A stretch of DNA of 32,000 nucleotides from Thermoproteus tenax Kra 1 (lineage in GTDB: Archaea > Thermoproteota > Thermoprotei > Thermoproteales > Thermoproteaceae), in assembly GCF_000253055.1 (NCBI RefSeq), contig NC_016070.1, positions 720,001 to 752,000 of the forward strand, given 5' to 3'. The position numbers and the translations under genes were made by a program. Under the pieces are notes generated by a model. The model saw nothing but the letters and a program-made list of their open reading frames with translations. It was not told the DNA's origin and made no database searches. Positions 16,524 to 24,700 of this stretch are shown here, piece by piece. How positions within the stretch are numbered: the stretch's first letter is position 1; each line of letters starts with the position of its first letter.

Positions 16524-19316
16524 ATGGTGCCCGCTAGAGAAGACAAAAATATAGGAGCAAAAACCGCCGTGGCCTTCGGCTTGTTACACCCCAAGCTTAG
16601 GGAAGTTTTGGACGAGTTGGGCTACAGAGAGCCCACCGCGATCCAGAGCGCCGCCATACCCGCCGTGCTGTCTGGCGATCACGTCTTAATCGTCGCGCCG
16701 ACAGGCTCCGGCAAGACTGAGACAGCGATACTGCCCCTCTTCTCTAGAATGTTAGACGAGAGGATAAAGCAGTGTACACAGCTTCTATATATCACTCCGT
16801 TGAGGGCCCTCAATAGAGATCTTCTCAGGAGGATCTCGGCAATAGCTGAGAGGATTGGGCTTTCTGTTGGAGTCAGACACAGCGACACTACCGAGGCCGC
16901 TAGAAAGCAGTTGTACAAGTCGCCTCCCCACGTATTGATAACTACGCCCGAATCGCTCCAGATTCTATTGCTCAACAGATCTTTGAGGAGCTCTCTGAGG
17001 TGTATCCGCGCCGTCGTTGTGGACGAGGTTCACGAGCTTGTTGAGAACAAAAGAGGCGTTCAACTGGCCTTGGGCCTAGAGAGGTTAGTCGAACTAGCGG
17101 GCGAGTTCCAACGGATCGGGCTCTCGGCCACCGTGGGAAACCCAGAGCTAGTGGCAAGCTTTCTCGGCGGATCTAACAGGCGCGTGCGCGTGATCAATGC
17201 GACGTCTTTCAAGGCATACGAAATCGATGTAGTAGCGCCCTCGCCCTCAGAGGACGACTACGCTGACGCAGATAAGTACGACGTAACTCCCGAGACTCTA
17301 GCGCGTATTAGATATATCGCCGATGTAATCAAGAGAACAAAGGGCAGCGTCCTCATTTTTACAAACACTAGGGATGGGGCTGAGTTCTTGGCGGCGAAGC
17401 TCAGAGCCTTGATAGGAGATACAGTGGAGGTTCACCACTCGTCTCTTTCAAGAGACCACAGGCTCTCAGTTGAGGAGAGACTAAAGTCGGGCGCTCTGAG
17501 GGCCGTAATAGCTACGTCGAGCTTAGAGCTCGGCATAGATATTGGCCACATAGATCTAGTGATCCAGTATAATTCCCCTAGACAAGTAATCAGGATAGTC
17601 CAACGCGTCGGCCGAAGCGGGCACAAGCTCGGCGCCGTCTCGCGGGGGCTTATAGTAGCCTCAGATTTAGAGGACCTCTTAGAGTCGGAGGTGATAGCTG
17701 AGCGGGCGACCAAAGGCGAGCTCGAGAGAGATCTCGAGTATCACAGAGCCGCCTTAGACGTGCTCTTGCACCAGATAGTGGGAATGGCTCTGGAGGCCAA
17801 GCTCGACGGCAGATCCTTGGCGCTCGAGGACGTGATGCGCATCATCAAAAGGGCTCATCCATACTCCGATGTAACGCCCGAGGACCTAGGGCTCGTGTTA
17901 AACTTCGCGGCTCGGCACAAGCTCTTGGATGGGCTGAGACCCAGAAGGGGGGCTCTCAAGTATTACTTCGACAATGTGTCGACCATACCTGACGAGAAAA
18001 GCTACAAAGCCGTAGATCAGACCACTGGAAAGATAGTGGGAGAGCTTGACAGAGAGTTCGTCTATACAACTGAGCCGGGCACCAAGATTATCTTGTCGGG
18101 GAGAGCTTGGATAATATCCAAGGTGGAGGGCGGCTCAGTCCTTCTTTATCCGGTCTCAGACTCATCTGGCGCGTTGCCAGGCTGGCTCGGCGAAGAGATA
18201 CCAGTCCCCAGGGAGGTGGCCGATGAAGTATGCAGAAGGAGGGCGGAGGCCTTGAGGGCAGCGCTAAGGGGGGAATATTCTGGGGAGTTCGTGGACACGG
18301 AGGGTCTGTCTGAATCAAATATACCTGGCCCAGGGACTATCAGAGTCCACCTCTTTGGCCGCTACGCAGTGGTGCATGCGTGTATTGGAACTAAGGGCAA
18401 CGAGGCGCTCGGCATGTATCTGTCCCGCCATCTGTCCGCCTATTTGGGGCCCATCGGCTATAGGTCTGACGCCTACCGAGTGCTGTTGATACACAGAGAA
18501 CCGATCCAACAGAAGTACATAGCAGAGGCATTCACAAAGGATCAAGCCTATATATACAAGACATTGATAAACGCCGTCAAGGCCTCTCGTATGTTCAGAT
18601 ATAGGTTCCTGCAAGTCTCACAGAGGGTCGGCCTACTGTCCAGAGATGCCGAGGAGGTGCCCTCAAAGTTAGTCGATGTATACTCCGAGGACCTCCCCGG
18701 CGTTGAGGCATTGAACGAAATATTCACTGAGAAGCTTGACGTCAAATCGTTGTTGGAGCTAATAGAGGGCATTAGATCGGGCAAATATAGGCTTGAAATG
18801 GAGCGGCTGCCGGGGCCCACTTCATTGGACAAGCCGTTGCTTGAGGAGGCGCTACGGGTAGACTTCACTTACAAGGGGCTCTCCCAAGAGGCCGTGAAAG
18901 ACATAGTCCGCCGACGCATATTGAGCAGAGAAACTACCCTCCTTTGCCTCAACTGTGGCTGGATCTTCAGAGGGCGCGCCTCGCTTCTGCCCGAGAGACC
19001 TACGTGTGCCAAGTGCGGAATGCCCACGTTGGCCGTAATTAAGGGCAATTTGGAGCGCGCACTGGAGGTATGGAAGAAGTTTAAAGCCAGGCGCAGATTG
19101 AGCAAAGACGAGGCGAAGCTTATGGACGAGCTGAGGCAGAGCGCTTCTATAGTCATAGAGCATGGAAGACTTGGTATATTGGTGCAACTGGCCCATGGAG
19201 TTGGGCCGAAGACTGCTATAAGAGTCTTGAACAAAGTCTTGGCAGGCGACGATATCTGGGGCGCAATAATTGAGGCAGAGAGACAATATGCGGCCACTAG
19301 GGCCTTTTGGGATTAA
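16524..19316 (+). CDS. Lhr-type large superfamily-2 DNA helicase (DEVH box) with C-terminal Zn-ribbon and HhH module
   Basis: 930 aa. Helicase motifs are present: Q-motif TAIQ, Walker A APTGSGKT, DEVH (VVDEVHELVE), SAT and QRVGRSGH. The C-terminal region has CLNCG...C.KCG (four Cys) and a helix-hairpin-helix-like LAHGVGPKTAIRVLNKV. Confidence 0.85.
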   Translation: MVPAREDKNIGAKTAVAFGLLHPKLREVLDELGYREPTAIQSAAIPAVLSGDHVLIVAPTGSGKTETAILPLFSRMLDERIKQCTQLLYITPLRALNRDLLRRISAIAERIGLSVGVRHSDTTEAARKQLYKSPPHVLITTPESLQILLLNRSLRSSLRCIRAVVVDEVHELVENKRGVQLALGLERLVELAGEFQRIGLSATVGNPELVASFLGGSNRRVRVINATSFKAYEIDVVAPSPSEDDYADADKYDVTPETLARIRYIADVIKRTKGSVLIFTNTRDGAEFLAAKLRALIGDTVEVHHSSLSRDHRLSVEERLKSGALRAVIATSSLELGIDIGHIDLVIQYNSPRQVIRIVQRVGRSGHKLGAVSRGLIVASDLEDLLESEVIAERATKGELERDLEYHRAALDVLLHQIVGMALEAKLDGRSLALEDVMRIIKRAHPYSDVTPEDLGLVLNFAARHKLLDGLRPRRGALKYYFDNVSTIPDEKSYKAVDQTTGKIVGELDREFVYTTEPGTKIILSGRAWIISKVEGGSVLLYPVSDSSGALPGWLGEEIPVPREVADEVCRRRAEALRAALRGEYSGEFVDTEGLSESNIPGPGTIRVHLFGRYAVVHACIGTKGNEALGMYLSRHLSAYLGPIGYRSDAYRVLLIHREPIQQKYIAEAFTKDQAYIYKTLINAVKASRMFRYRFLQVSQRVGLLSRDAEEVPSKLVDVYSEDLPGVEALNEIFTEKLDVKSLLELIEGIRSGKYRLEMERLPGPTSLDKPLLEEALRVDFTYKGLSQEAVKDIVRRRILSRETTLLCLNCGWIFRGRASLLPERPTCAKCGMPTLAVIKGNLERALEVWKKFKARRRLSKDEAKLMDELRQSASIVIEHGRLGILVQLAHGVGPKTAIRVLNKVLAGDDIWGAIIEAERQYAATRAFWD

Positions 19317-19330
19317 TAAGGGGCGTAGTT

Positions 19331-19669
19331 ATGCTCATGATCTCGATACACACAGACGAGGCGGGGGAGAATACGGCTAGAATAATCGAGGTAGACGGAG
19401 AGGTCGTAGTATCGATGGACACATTCATAGAGGGCGTCGTAGTTCCGCCGGACGCCGAGGTCGTCGAAATAGGGGGTCGATATAAGCTCTATGTCGTGAG
19501 GAGAGACCGGCCCGAGGGCCGCATTGAGTTTCTAGTATATGACAATGGAACAAAAAGACAGCTTATATCAGCTAGATATATTGGGTCTATCAGGGGCGAA
19601 GACGCCGTCAAGCTGTTGAAAGGCCTTCTGGACGCAATAGCCAAGACGTACGATTTATCCAAGATCTGA
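19331..19669 (+). CDS. Hypothetical protein
   Basis: The track ORF starts at a TTG (19307). I prefer the ATG at 19331 (MLMISIHTDEAGE...). It lies 15 nt after the helicase stop on the same strand. There are no recognisable motifs. Confidence 0.5.
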   Translation: MLMISIHTDEAGENTARIIEVDGEVVVSMDTFIEGVVVPPDAEVVEIGGRYKLYVVRRDRPEGRIEFLVYDNGTKRQLISARYIGSIRGEDAVKLLKGLLDAIAKTYDLSKI

Positions 19670-19705
19670 TAATTAACATTTAAAAATAACGAGGGACTCT
19701 CCTCC

Positions 19706-20836
19706 ATGGACGCAAAAATATTGGCCGTCGGTCTGATAGTGGGCCTTCTGATAGGCATCGGCATAGGCTATCTATTACATCAACCTTCGCCGACGGCTGT
19801 TACTACTCCGATCACCACTACGGCCGCGCCAAGCACGCCTGCAACGTTCTCTGTGGGGGCCGCAGGCACTCTCAAGTTTTCATTCAACGATCTATTAAAG
19901 CTCTACTCTCGACTGTACCCAAATATACCGACAGGCCAGCCGCTCTATGAGGGCAGTGGAAAACTGGCACAAGACGAGGCGACGAGCAAACAGTTCAGCT
20001 TTGTGGCGTCGGCTGACACAACCACTATACCTGCGGTTCTCTTCAAAGACAATCTGACGGACTACGAAGTCGCGTTTGGCGTCACTCAGGTGGTTATAAT
20101 CGTCAACTTGAACACGACTGCGGGCAGAGAGGTATACGAGCTCTGGAGACAAGCCCAGAGCTTGCAGCCCTTGTCCGCCCAGTGGAACTCGACGTGGAGA
20201 CAGATCTTTGCCATAATAGCTCTCAACTCCAGCACGGCCGTCGGCGTGTCCGACCCCTTCACCGACCCATCCGGCTATCAGGCCATGTGCATGCTTAAGT
20301 TGGCTGGTCTAACCTTCTTCGGGAACTCGGACCTCCTGTTTGATGCAATATATAGGAATCCTTCGAAGTATTTCATGAGGACTACCGAGGTGGATCTATT
20401 GTCCTTAATGCCAGGGGGCCAGATCCAGTTTATTTTATCCGCGTATCAGTCTAACGCCATTCCTCAAGTCAAGGAGTACCGCGGGCTTACATATATCACG
20501 CTTCCGCCTCAGATAAACTTAGGGTCTCTAAATTATACAGACTACTACCACAGCGTGAGCGTAACTTGGACCGAGGCCGGTAAGACGAAGACCTTCGCGT
20601 GCAATCCCGTGATATACACGTTCACAATACCGAGGACAGCGCCTAATCCGGAGGCGGCTGTTTACTTTGCCTTGCTCATCTTCAGCCCACAGGGACAGAA
20701 AGTGCTTAGAAGCTACGGAATAGACCCCATAAGCCCTGGGATCGTCTACGGCAATATTTCAGATGTGCCAACTCCGTTGAGACCCTTTGTGGTTTCTCTG
20801 TCGCAAGTGCCTCAATACTCCTCGGCATTTCCCTAA
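19706..20836 (+). CDS. wtpA: ABC transporter substrate-binding protein, WtpA/ModA-like (tungstate/molybdate class)
   Basis: 376 aa. It has an N-terminal membrane anchor and a Thr/Pro-rich linker. The blocks AAGTLKFSF, GSGKLAQ, ASADTTTIP and DPFTDPSGYQA parallel the AGSL..PF, SGS, ASAD..IP and DP.CGYR blocks of Pyrococcus WtpA as I recall them. Confidence 0.6.
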   Translation: MDAKILAVGLIVGLLIGIGIGYLLHQPSPTAVTTPITTTAAPSTPATFSVGAAGTLKFSFNDLLKLYSRLYPNIPTGQPLYEGSGKLAQDEATSKQFSFVASADTTTIPAVLFKDNLTDYEVAFGVTQVVIIVNLNTTAGREVYELWRQAQSLQPLSAQWNSTWRQIFAIIALNSSTAVGVSDPFTDPSGYQAMCMLKLAGLTFFGNSDLLFDAIYRNPSKYFMRTTEVDLLSLMPGGQIQFILSAYQSNAIPQVKEYRGLTYITLPPQINLGSLNYTDYYHSVSVTWTEAGKTKTFACNPVIYTFTIPRTAPNPEAAVYFALLIFSPQGQKVLRSYGIDPISPGIVYGNISDVPTPLRPFVVSLSQVPQYSSAFP

Positions 20837-21630
20837 TGTTTAAAATTTTTTTAGTAATTTTATTTCTTATATTGTTTTTCTTTTTCATCTATCCTATAAT
20901 TCTCCTTATATATATTGCCCTCCCTGGACTTGAGGGTGCATTGCTCACTAAGTCTTTCCTAGAGTCCTTTGGCTTAACCGTACTTATATCCAGTGCAGCC
21001 TCGCTCGTGGCCGTGGTACTAGGGGTTCCCACAGCCTATATACTCACTAGATATAACTTTCCGCTTAAACAAATAGTTGATGCCCTTATGGACATACCAA
21101 TCGTTATCCCCCACACCGTGGTTGGCATAATGGTCATCCTGGCGTTCGCAGACTATGGGCTGGGGCCCTACCTTAACTCGCTCGGCCTCAAGATAATAGA
21201 TGCCATCCCGGGCGCCATTATAGCAGTGTCTTATCTATCGGCGACATATGCCCTTAGGAGTATACAGAGTGCGCTCAGGCTGTTGGACCCAGAGTTAGAA
21301 AACGTGGCGCGAACTTTAGGCGCAAGCCCGCTCAGATCGTTCCTCTATGTGGTTCTGCCGAATATAAGTGGCGCGATCGCCGACGGTGCGCTCCTTTCTT
21401 GGGCCAGGTCAGTCTCAGAGTCGGGGGCTCTGTTGGTGGTGGCCTACTATGTGATCCTGGGTACTCGCTCGATTTATCCGGCCTCGATATACATATATCA
21501 GTCCTACATCGGCGTCGGTCTCGCAGATGCGGTGAAGTTCTCGGCCGCGCTTGTCCTCATAGTCATCTCTATATTTTTGGCATATAGGGCTCTCTTGGGC
21601 CATGTTAGAGCTAAGGGGGCTAAGGGCTAA
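20836..21630 (+). CDS. wtpB: ABC transporter permease (WtpB/ModB-like)
   Basis: 264 aa. The start overlaps the wtpA stop (TAATG). The EAA-loop-like segment is LENVARTLGASPLRSFLYVVLPNISGAI. The first about 30 codons are extremely AT-rich. Confidence 0.75.
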   Translation: MFKIFLVILFLILFFFFIYPIILLIYIALPGLEGALLTKSFLESFGLTVLISSAASLVAVVLGVPTAYILTRYNFPLKQIVDALMDIPIVIPHTVVGIMVILAFADYGLGPYLNSLGLKIIDAIPGAIIAVSYLSATYALRSIQSALRLLDPELENVARTLGASPLRSFLYVVLPNISGAIADGALLSWARSVSESGALLVVAYYVILGTRSIYPASIYIYQSYIGVGLADAVKFSAALVLIVISIFLAYRALLGHVRAKGAKG

Positions 21631-22516
21631 GGTCGGCGACTTCTCGCTGGGTCCTATCGATCTAAGCGTTGAGAGCAAGTACTTAGTCGTGATGGGCCCC
21701 AACGGCTCGGGCAAGACTACATTGCTGAAGTCAATAGCTGGACTCATCAGAAGCGAGGGCTCGGTGTTGTTGGACGGAGAGGACATCTCTAAGCTTCCGC
21801 CCGAGAGGAGGGGGATAGCATACGTTCCGCAATCTTACAGTCTCTTCAACAACATGACGGTTTACGCCAATATAGAGTTCGGCTTGAAGATGCGTGGAGT
21901 GCCGCGTCGCGAGAGGCGGAGGCTAGTTGTCGATATAGCGGAGCGTTTGGGCATAGACGATTTCTTAGATAAAAAGCCGACTGAGCTTTCCGGTGGACAA
22001 AAACAGCGAGTGGCTCTGGCGAGGGCCCTCGTCGTAAGGCCCCGCTTGTTGTTGTTGGATGAGCCTATGTCAAATCTCGATGTAGGCGTTCGAGAGGATG
22101 CGTTGTTAATTCTGAGAACCATACAGAGGGAGTACGGAACGCCCGTGCTACACGTGACGCATGATCGAGAGGAGGCCTACGCTCTAGCTGAACAACTAGC
22201 AGTCATGTACGGAGGCAGGATAGTCGAAGTCGGAAGGCCCGAAGATCTGTACTCAAGGCCCCGGCACGCGATAACAGCCCAACTAGTTGGGTTTTACGTG
22301 CTCAGGTCTGGCGATAAGTGTATCGGCGTTAGGCCCAACGGCGTTATTGTTGGCTCTGGCTCGCTGAGGGGGCGGGTGCTCGACGTAATAAGGGGGAATG
22401 ATAGGATGAGGGCTATAATCGAGGTGGACGGCCAACGCATTTCCGCATACATCCACAGCGATATAAGAGGTGAGATAACTCTAGATATAATTGATCCATT
22501 AATATTAAATTGTTAA
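21602..22516 (+). CDS. wtpC: ABC transporter ATP-binding protein (WtpC/ModC-like) with a C-terminal TOBE-like domain
   Basis: 304 aa. It has Walker A GPNGSGKTT, the signature LSGGQKQRV, Walker B LLLLDEP and the H-loop VTHD. It overlaps the permease by 29 nt. Confidence 0.8.
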   Translation: MLELRGLRAKVGDFSLGPIDLSVESKYLVVMGPNGSGKTTLLKSIAGLIRSEGSVLLDGEDISKLPPERRGIAYVPQSYSLFNNMTVYANIEFGLKMRGVPRRERRRLVVDIAERLGIDDFLDKKPTELSGGQKQRVALARALVVRPRLLLLDEPMSNLDVGVREDALLILRTIQREYGTPVLHVTHDREEAYALAEQLAVMYGGRIVEVGRPEDLYSRPRHAITAQLVGFYVLRSGDKCIGVRPNGVIVGSGSLRGRVLDVIRGNDRMRAIIEVDGQRISAYIHSDIRGEITLDIIDPLILNC

Positions 22517-22725
22517 CTAATAAATAATAAAGAAAATAATATTAGCGCTTGAATTAATATTAAGATTAGTATTACTACTATTTCATCTTTTTTAATACAT
22601 TGTAGTATACGCTTTCCACACCCCGGAGTTTTTGCGACAAATATAATATATGTGACAAAGACGATCAGAGAGTACGCGGCCAATGCGCCCACGAGCGCAA
22701 GCATGAGCCACTCGCGCATGGCCAA
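22513..22725 (-). CDS. Small hypothetical two-TM membrane protein
   Basis: 70 aa. An ATTTAAAAT box lies about 20-27 nt upstream of the ATG, which fits leaderless spacing. There are two hydrophobic helices. The 3' half is very AT-rich, and the stop overlaps the wtpC stop convergently. It could be spurious. Confidence 0.4.
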   Translation of the reverse strand: MAMREWLMLALVGALAAYSLIVFVTYIIFVAKTPGCGKRILQCIKKDEIVVILILILIQALILFSLLFIS

Positions 22726-22745
22726 CCTATAGGATCATTTTAAAT

Positions 22746-22925
22746 CTGGGGTTTGCCCATTCGCCCCCTTTCAAAGAGCGGCGCCCCGGCCCTCCCCCGG
22801 GGTCAGATTTTTGGCCCGCCCCCGCCAGACGCCGCGAGGGCGGGGCGGAGGCGAGAGGGGCACGGCCGTGCCCCGGCGCACGGGCGCGGCTGATCGGCCG
22901 TACCCCCAGGGCCGGGGATGTGGCT
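22746..22925. other. GC-rich, hairpin-dense non-coding tract (function unknown; possible structured RNA)
   Basis: It contains a perfect 18-nt palindrome GGGGCACGGCCGTGCCCC (22857-22874) and the hairpin CCCCGG-ccctcc-CCCGGGG. CCGCCCC...GGGGCGG pairing is possible, as is a closing helix CTGGGGT (22746-22752) with ACCCCCAG (22902-22909). The only ORF (22727-22942, minus) has junk R/G/P/A composition. Confidence 0.3.
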
Positions 22926-22929
22926 GACA

Positions 22930-23190
22930 GTACGAACAGCAAGCCCCGCCCTTTAGGATGGGGTAGGTCTTAAGCCATCTATTTTCATGGCAGAGTGGTG
23001 AAGAGGGCAGAGAAGGGCTTAAACAGCAGTGCGCGCCATACGGCGGGTCGGCCTGCGTGTAAGACGGCCCAGGCGGGGGACGCCGCAGTGCCCGCCCCAG
23101 CCGCGGCCCATCAACCCCGAGGAGGGACAGCGGGCGAGGCCCCCACAGTGCGGCCCCCGCATGAGCAGGAAGGGAGCCGTAGAGATAGCA
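22930..23190 (+). repeat. GC-rich non-coding paralogous element, copy C
   Basis: Its parts in order are GTACGAAC, the palindrome-like CCCCGCCCTTTAGGATGGGG (22944-22963), TTTCATGGCAGAGTGGTGAAGAGGGCAGAG, a 5' half similar to A, and the core 23061-23166, which is identical to the reverse complement of B. It diverges from A and B after CATGAGC. Confidence 0.5.
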
Positions 23191-23254
23191 TTATTAAATA
23201 GCTTTAATAAAGTAAAATAATTTTTGAAAAATTTTTAATTAATATTATATATTT

Positions 23255-24607
23255 TTAGCTAGATACTATTCTAATTATAGTTCTGATTACATCCTCAGGG
23301 TCTTTTCCAAGCACAGTGATCATGGGCTCTTTGCCCCAATCTCCTAAGTCGACAATGATATCGGGGACTCCGCCCACTTGTCTCACTGACTCCTCAACTA
23401 TCCACTGCATAGTGCCGCCTTCTTTCTCCTTTACCTCCTTCGGCTCATTTCTTCTGTCGATGATCGCCACCTTATATCCAGCCCTCTTGGCGCGCTCTAT
23501 GAAGCCCTCGTCGAACCTTATGTTCATGGCGGCACGCTTCTGCGGATCGTGTCTCACAGCTGCAAGGATCTTCCTCGCCACGTGATCGCTTGCGCCAAAT
23601 GTGGGCGGACCTGAGGGCCTCGCCCTATTCATATATCGCACTATTCTGCCTGGCACGGCCGCCACATCTTCCCGACTCTCGGCGTATCTGGGATCTATCG
23701 CGTAGCCTAGGTTGCTCTGGACCTCGGGTATCAACGGTCCGAAAAGTTCGGCGTATCTATCCAATAAGGACAACGCCTGAGACATGACCTCGTAGACCCT
23801 CCAACGCTCTGCTGGTATCTCGACCCAAGCCGTAGGGTTCACCGGCCAATGCCCCTTGCCTTTAGGAACTCCGTACTTTATCGCCGTATATATGAGCTCC
23901 TTGGCCGTCTTTATGGCCTCAAGGGGCTCTCTGCCTCTGGCCAGTCCGGCCGCTATGGCGGCCGAAAAGGAACAACCGGTGCCGTGAGTCGCTCTATCGT
24001 TCAGTCTGGGAGTTCTGAGCTCGTGGAATGTCCCGCCAATGTACACCACATCTACAGCGTCTTGGACATTCAGATGACCGCCCTTTACTATTACTATATC
24101 GCTCCCAAGCTCTCTGTGGATCTTTTCAGCGGCTCTCTTGGCATCCTCAAGGCTCGATATCTTCATCCCGGTCAGCCTCTCAGCTTCGAATCTATTCGGC
24201 GTGACTATCTTGGCTATGGGCAAGAGCTCTCTGCTCAGAGCGTCCATGGCATCTTCTGAGATCAACGGTGCGCCTGACTTAGCTATCATAACGGGGTCCA
24301 CAACTAGGGGGAAGCCCAGTTTAGAGACCACATCGGCCACCTCCTCAATTATTTCTTTAGTGCCCAACATGCCAGTTTTGGCGGCGTCGATCCCCATGTC
24401 GTCCCACACAGCCATTATCTGCGATCTCACCATCTCGCGCGGCATGCACTGGACAGCTCTGACCTCATATGTGTTCTGAGCTGTGACGCACGTCAGAGCG
24501 GTTGTGCCGTGGACGCCAAGCGCAGCGAACGTCTTTATATCGGCGTGAATTCCAGCGCCACCGCCAGAATCTAGACCGGCTATAGTCATCGCAACTCTCC
24601 AGCTCAT
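23255..24607 (-). CDS. thiDN: Bifunctional ThiD-ThiN: hydroxymethylpyrimidine/phosphomethylpyrimidine kinase fused to archaeal thiamine-phosphate synthase
   Basis: 450 aa. The N-terminal half is ThiD-like (IAGLDSGGGAGIHADIKT, GTGCSFSAAIAAGLA). The C-terminal roughly 180 aa match the ThiN domain architecture known from archaeal ThiDN fusions. Confidence 0.85.
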   Translation of the reverse strand: MSWRVAMTIAGLDSGGGAGIHADIKTFAALGVHGTTALTCVTAQNTYEVRAVQCMPREMVRSQIMAVWDDMGIDAAKTGMLGTKEIIEEVADVVSKLGFPLVVDPVMIAKSGAPLISEDAMDALSRELLPIAKIVTPNRFEAERLTGMKISSLEDAKRAAEKIHRELGSDIVIVKGGHLNVQDAVDVVYIGGTFHELRTPRLNDRATHGTGCSFSAAIAAGLARGREPLEAIKTAKELIYTAIKYGVPKGKGHWPVNPTAWVEIPAERWRVYEVMSQALSLLDRYAELFGPLIPEVQSNLGYAIDPRYAESREDVAAVPGRIVRYMNRARPSGPPTFGASDHVARKILAAVRHDPQKRAAMNIRFDEGFIERAKRAGYKVAIIDRRNEPKEVKEKEGGTMQWIVEESVRQVGGVPDIIVDLGDWGKEPMITVLGKDPEDVIRTIIRIVSS

Positions 24608-24700
24608 AAATTGTCGATTGTTATTCCATAAAAAATATATTACGACGCGAGAACGCTTAAAATCAACAAAATTTTATATTAGGCTCATGCAGGGGATCGC

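Noticed and set aside
18852-19297. Two minus-strand ORFs of about 143 aa antisense to the helicase 3' region (plus several 60-106-aa ones further upstream)
   Set aside because: They are shadow ORFs within a gene that has continuous helicase, Zn-ribbon and HhH motifs on the plus strand.
22727-22942. 71-aa minus-strand ORF across the GC-rich tract
   Set aside because: The composition is R/A/P/G junk, there is no promoter, and the ORF overlaps palindromic hairpins.
23161-23185. SRP RNA helix-8-like string CAGGAAGGGAGCC at the 3' end of copy C
   Set aside because: It is present only in C, sits at the very end of the GC-rich region with AT-rich DNA following, and lacks the long helix-5 partner strand required for SRP RNA.
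22995-23220. Two overlapping plus-strand ORFs in element C (68 and 63 aa), and the first about 18 codons VKRAE(E/K)GLNSS(T/A)RH shared with copy A
   Set aside because: The short N-terminal similarity, which includes some third-position changes, is intriguing. However, the frame is not maintained past about 20 codons between copies, and copy B diverges completely there. I treat it as nucleotide-level conservation.
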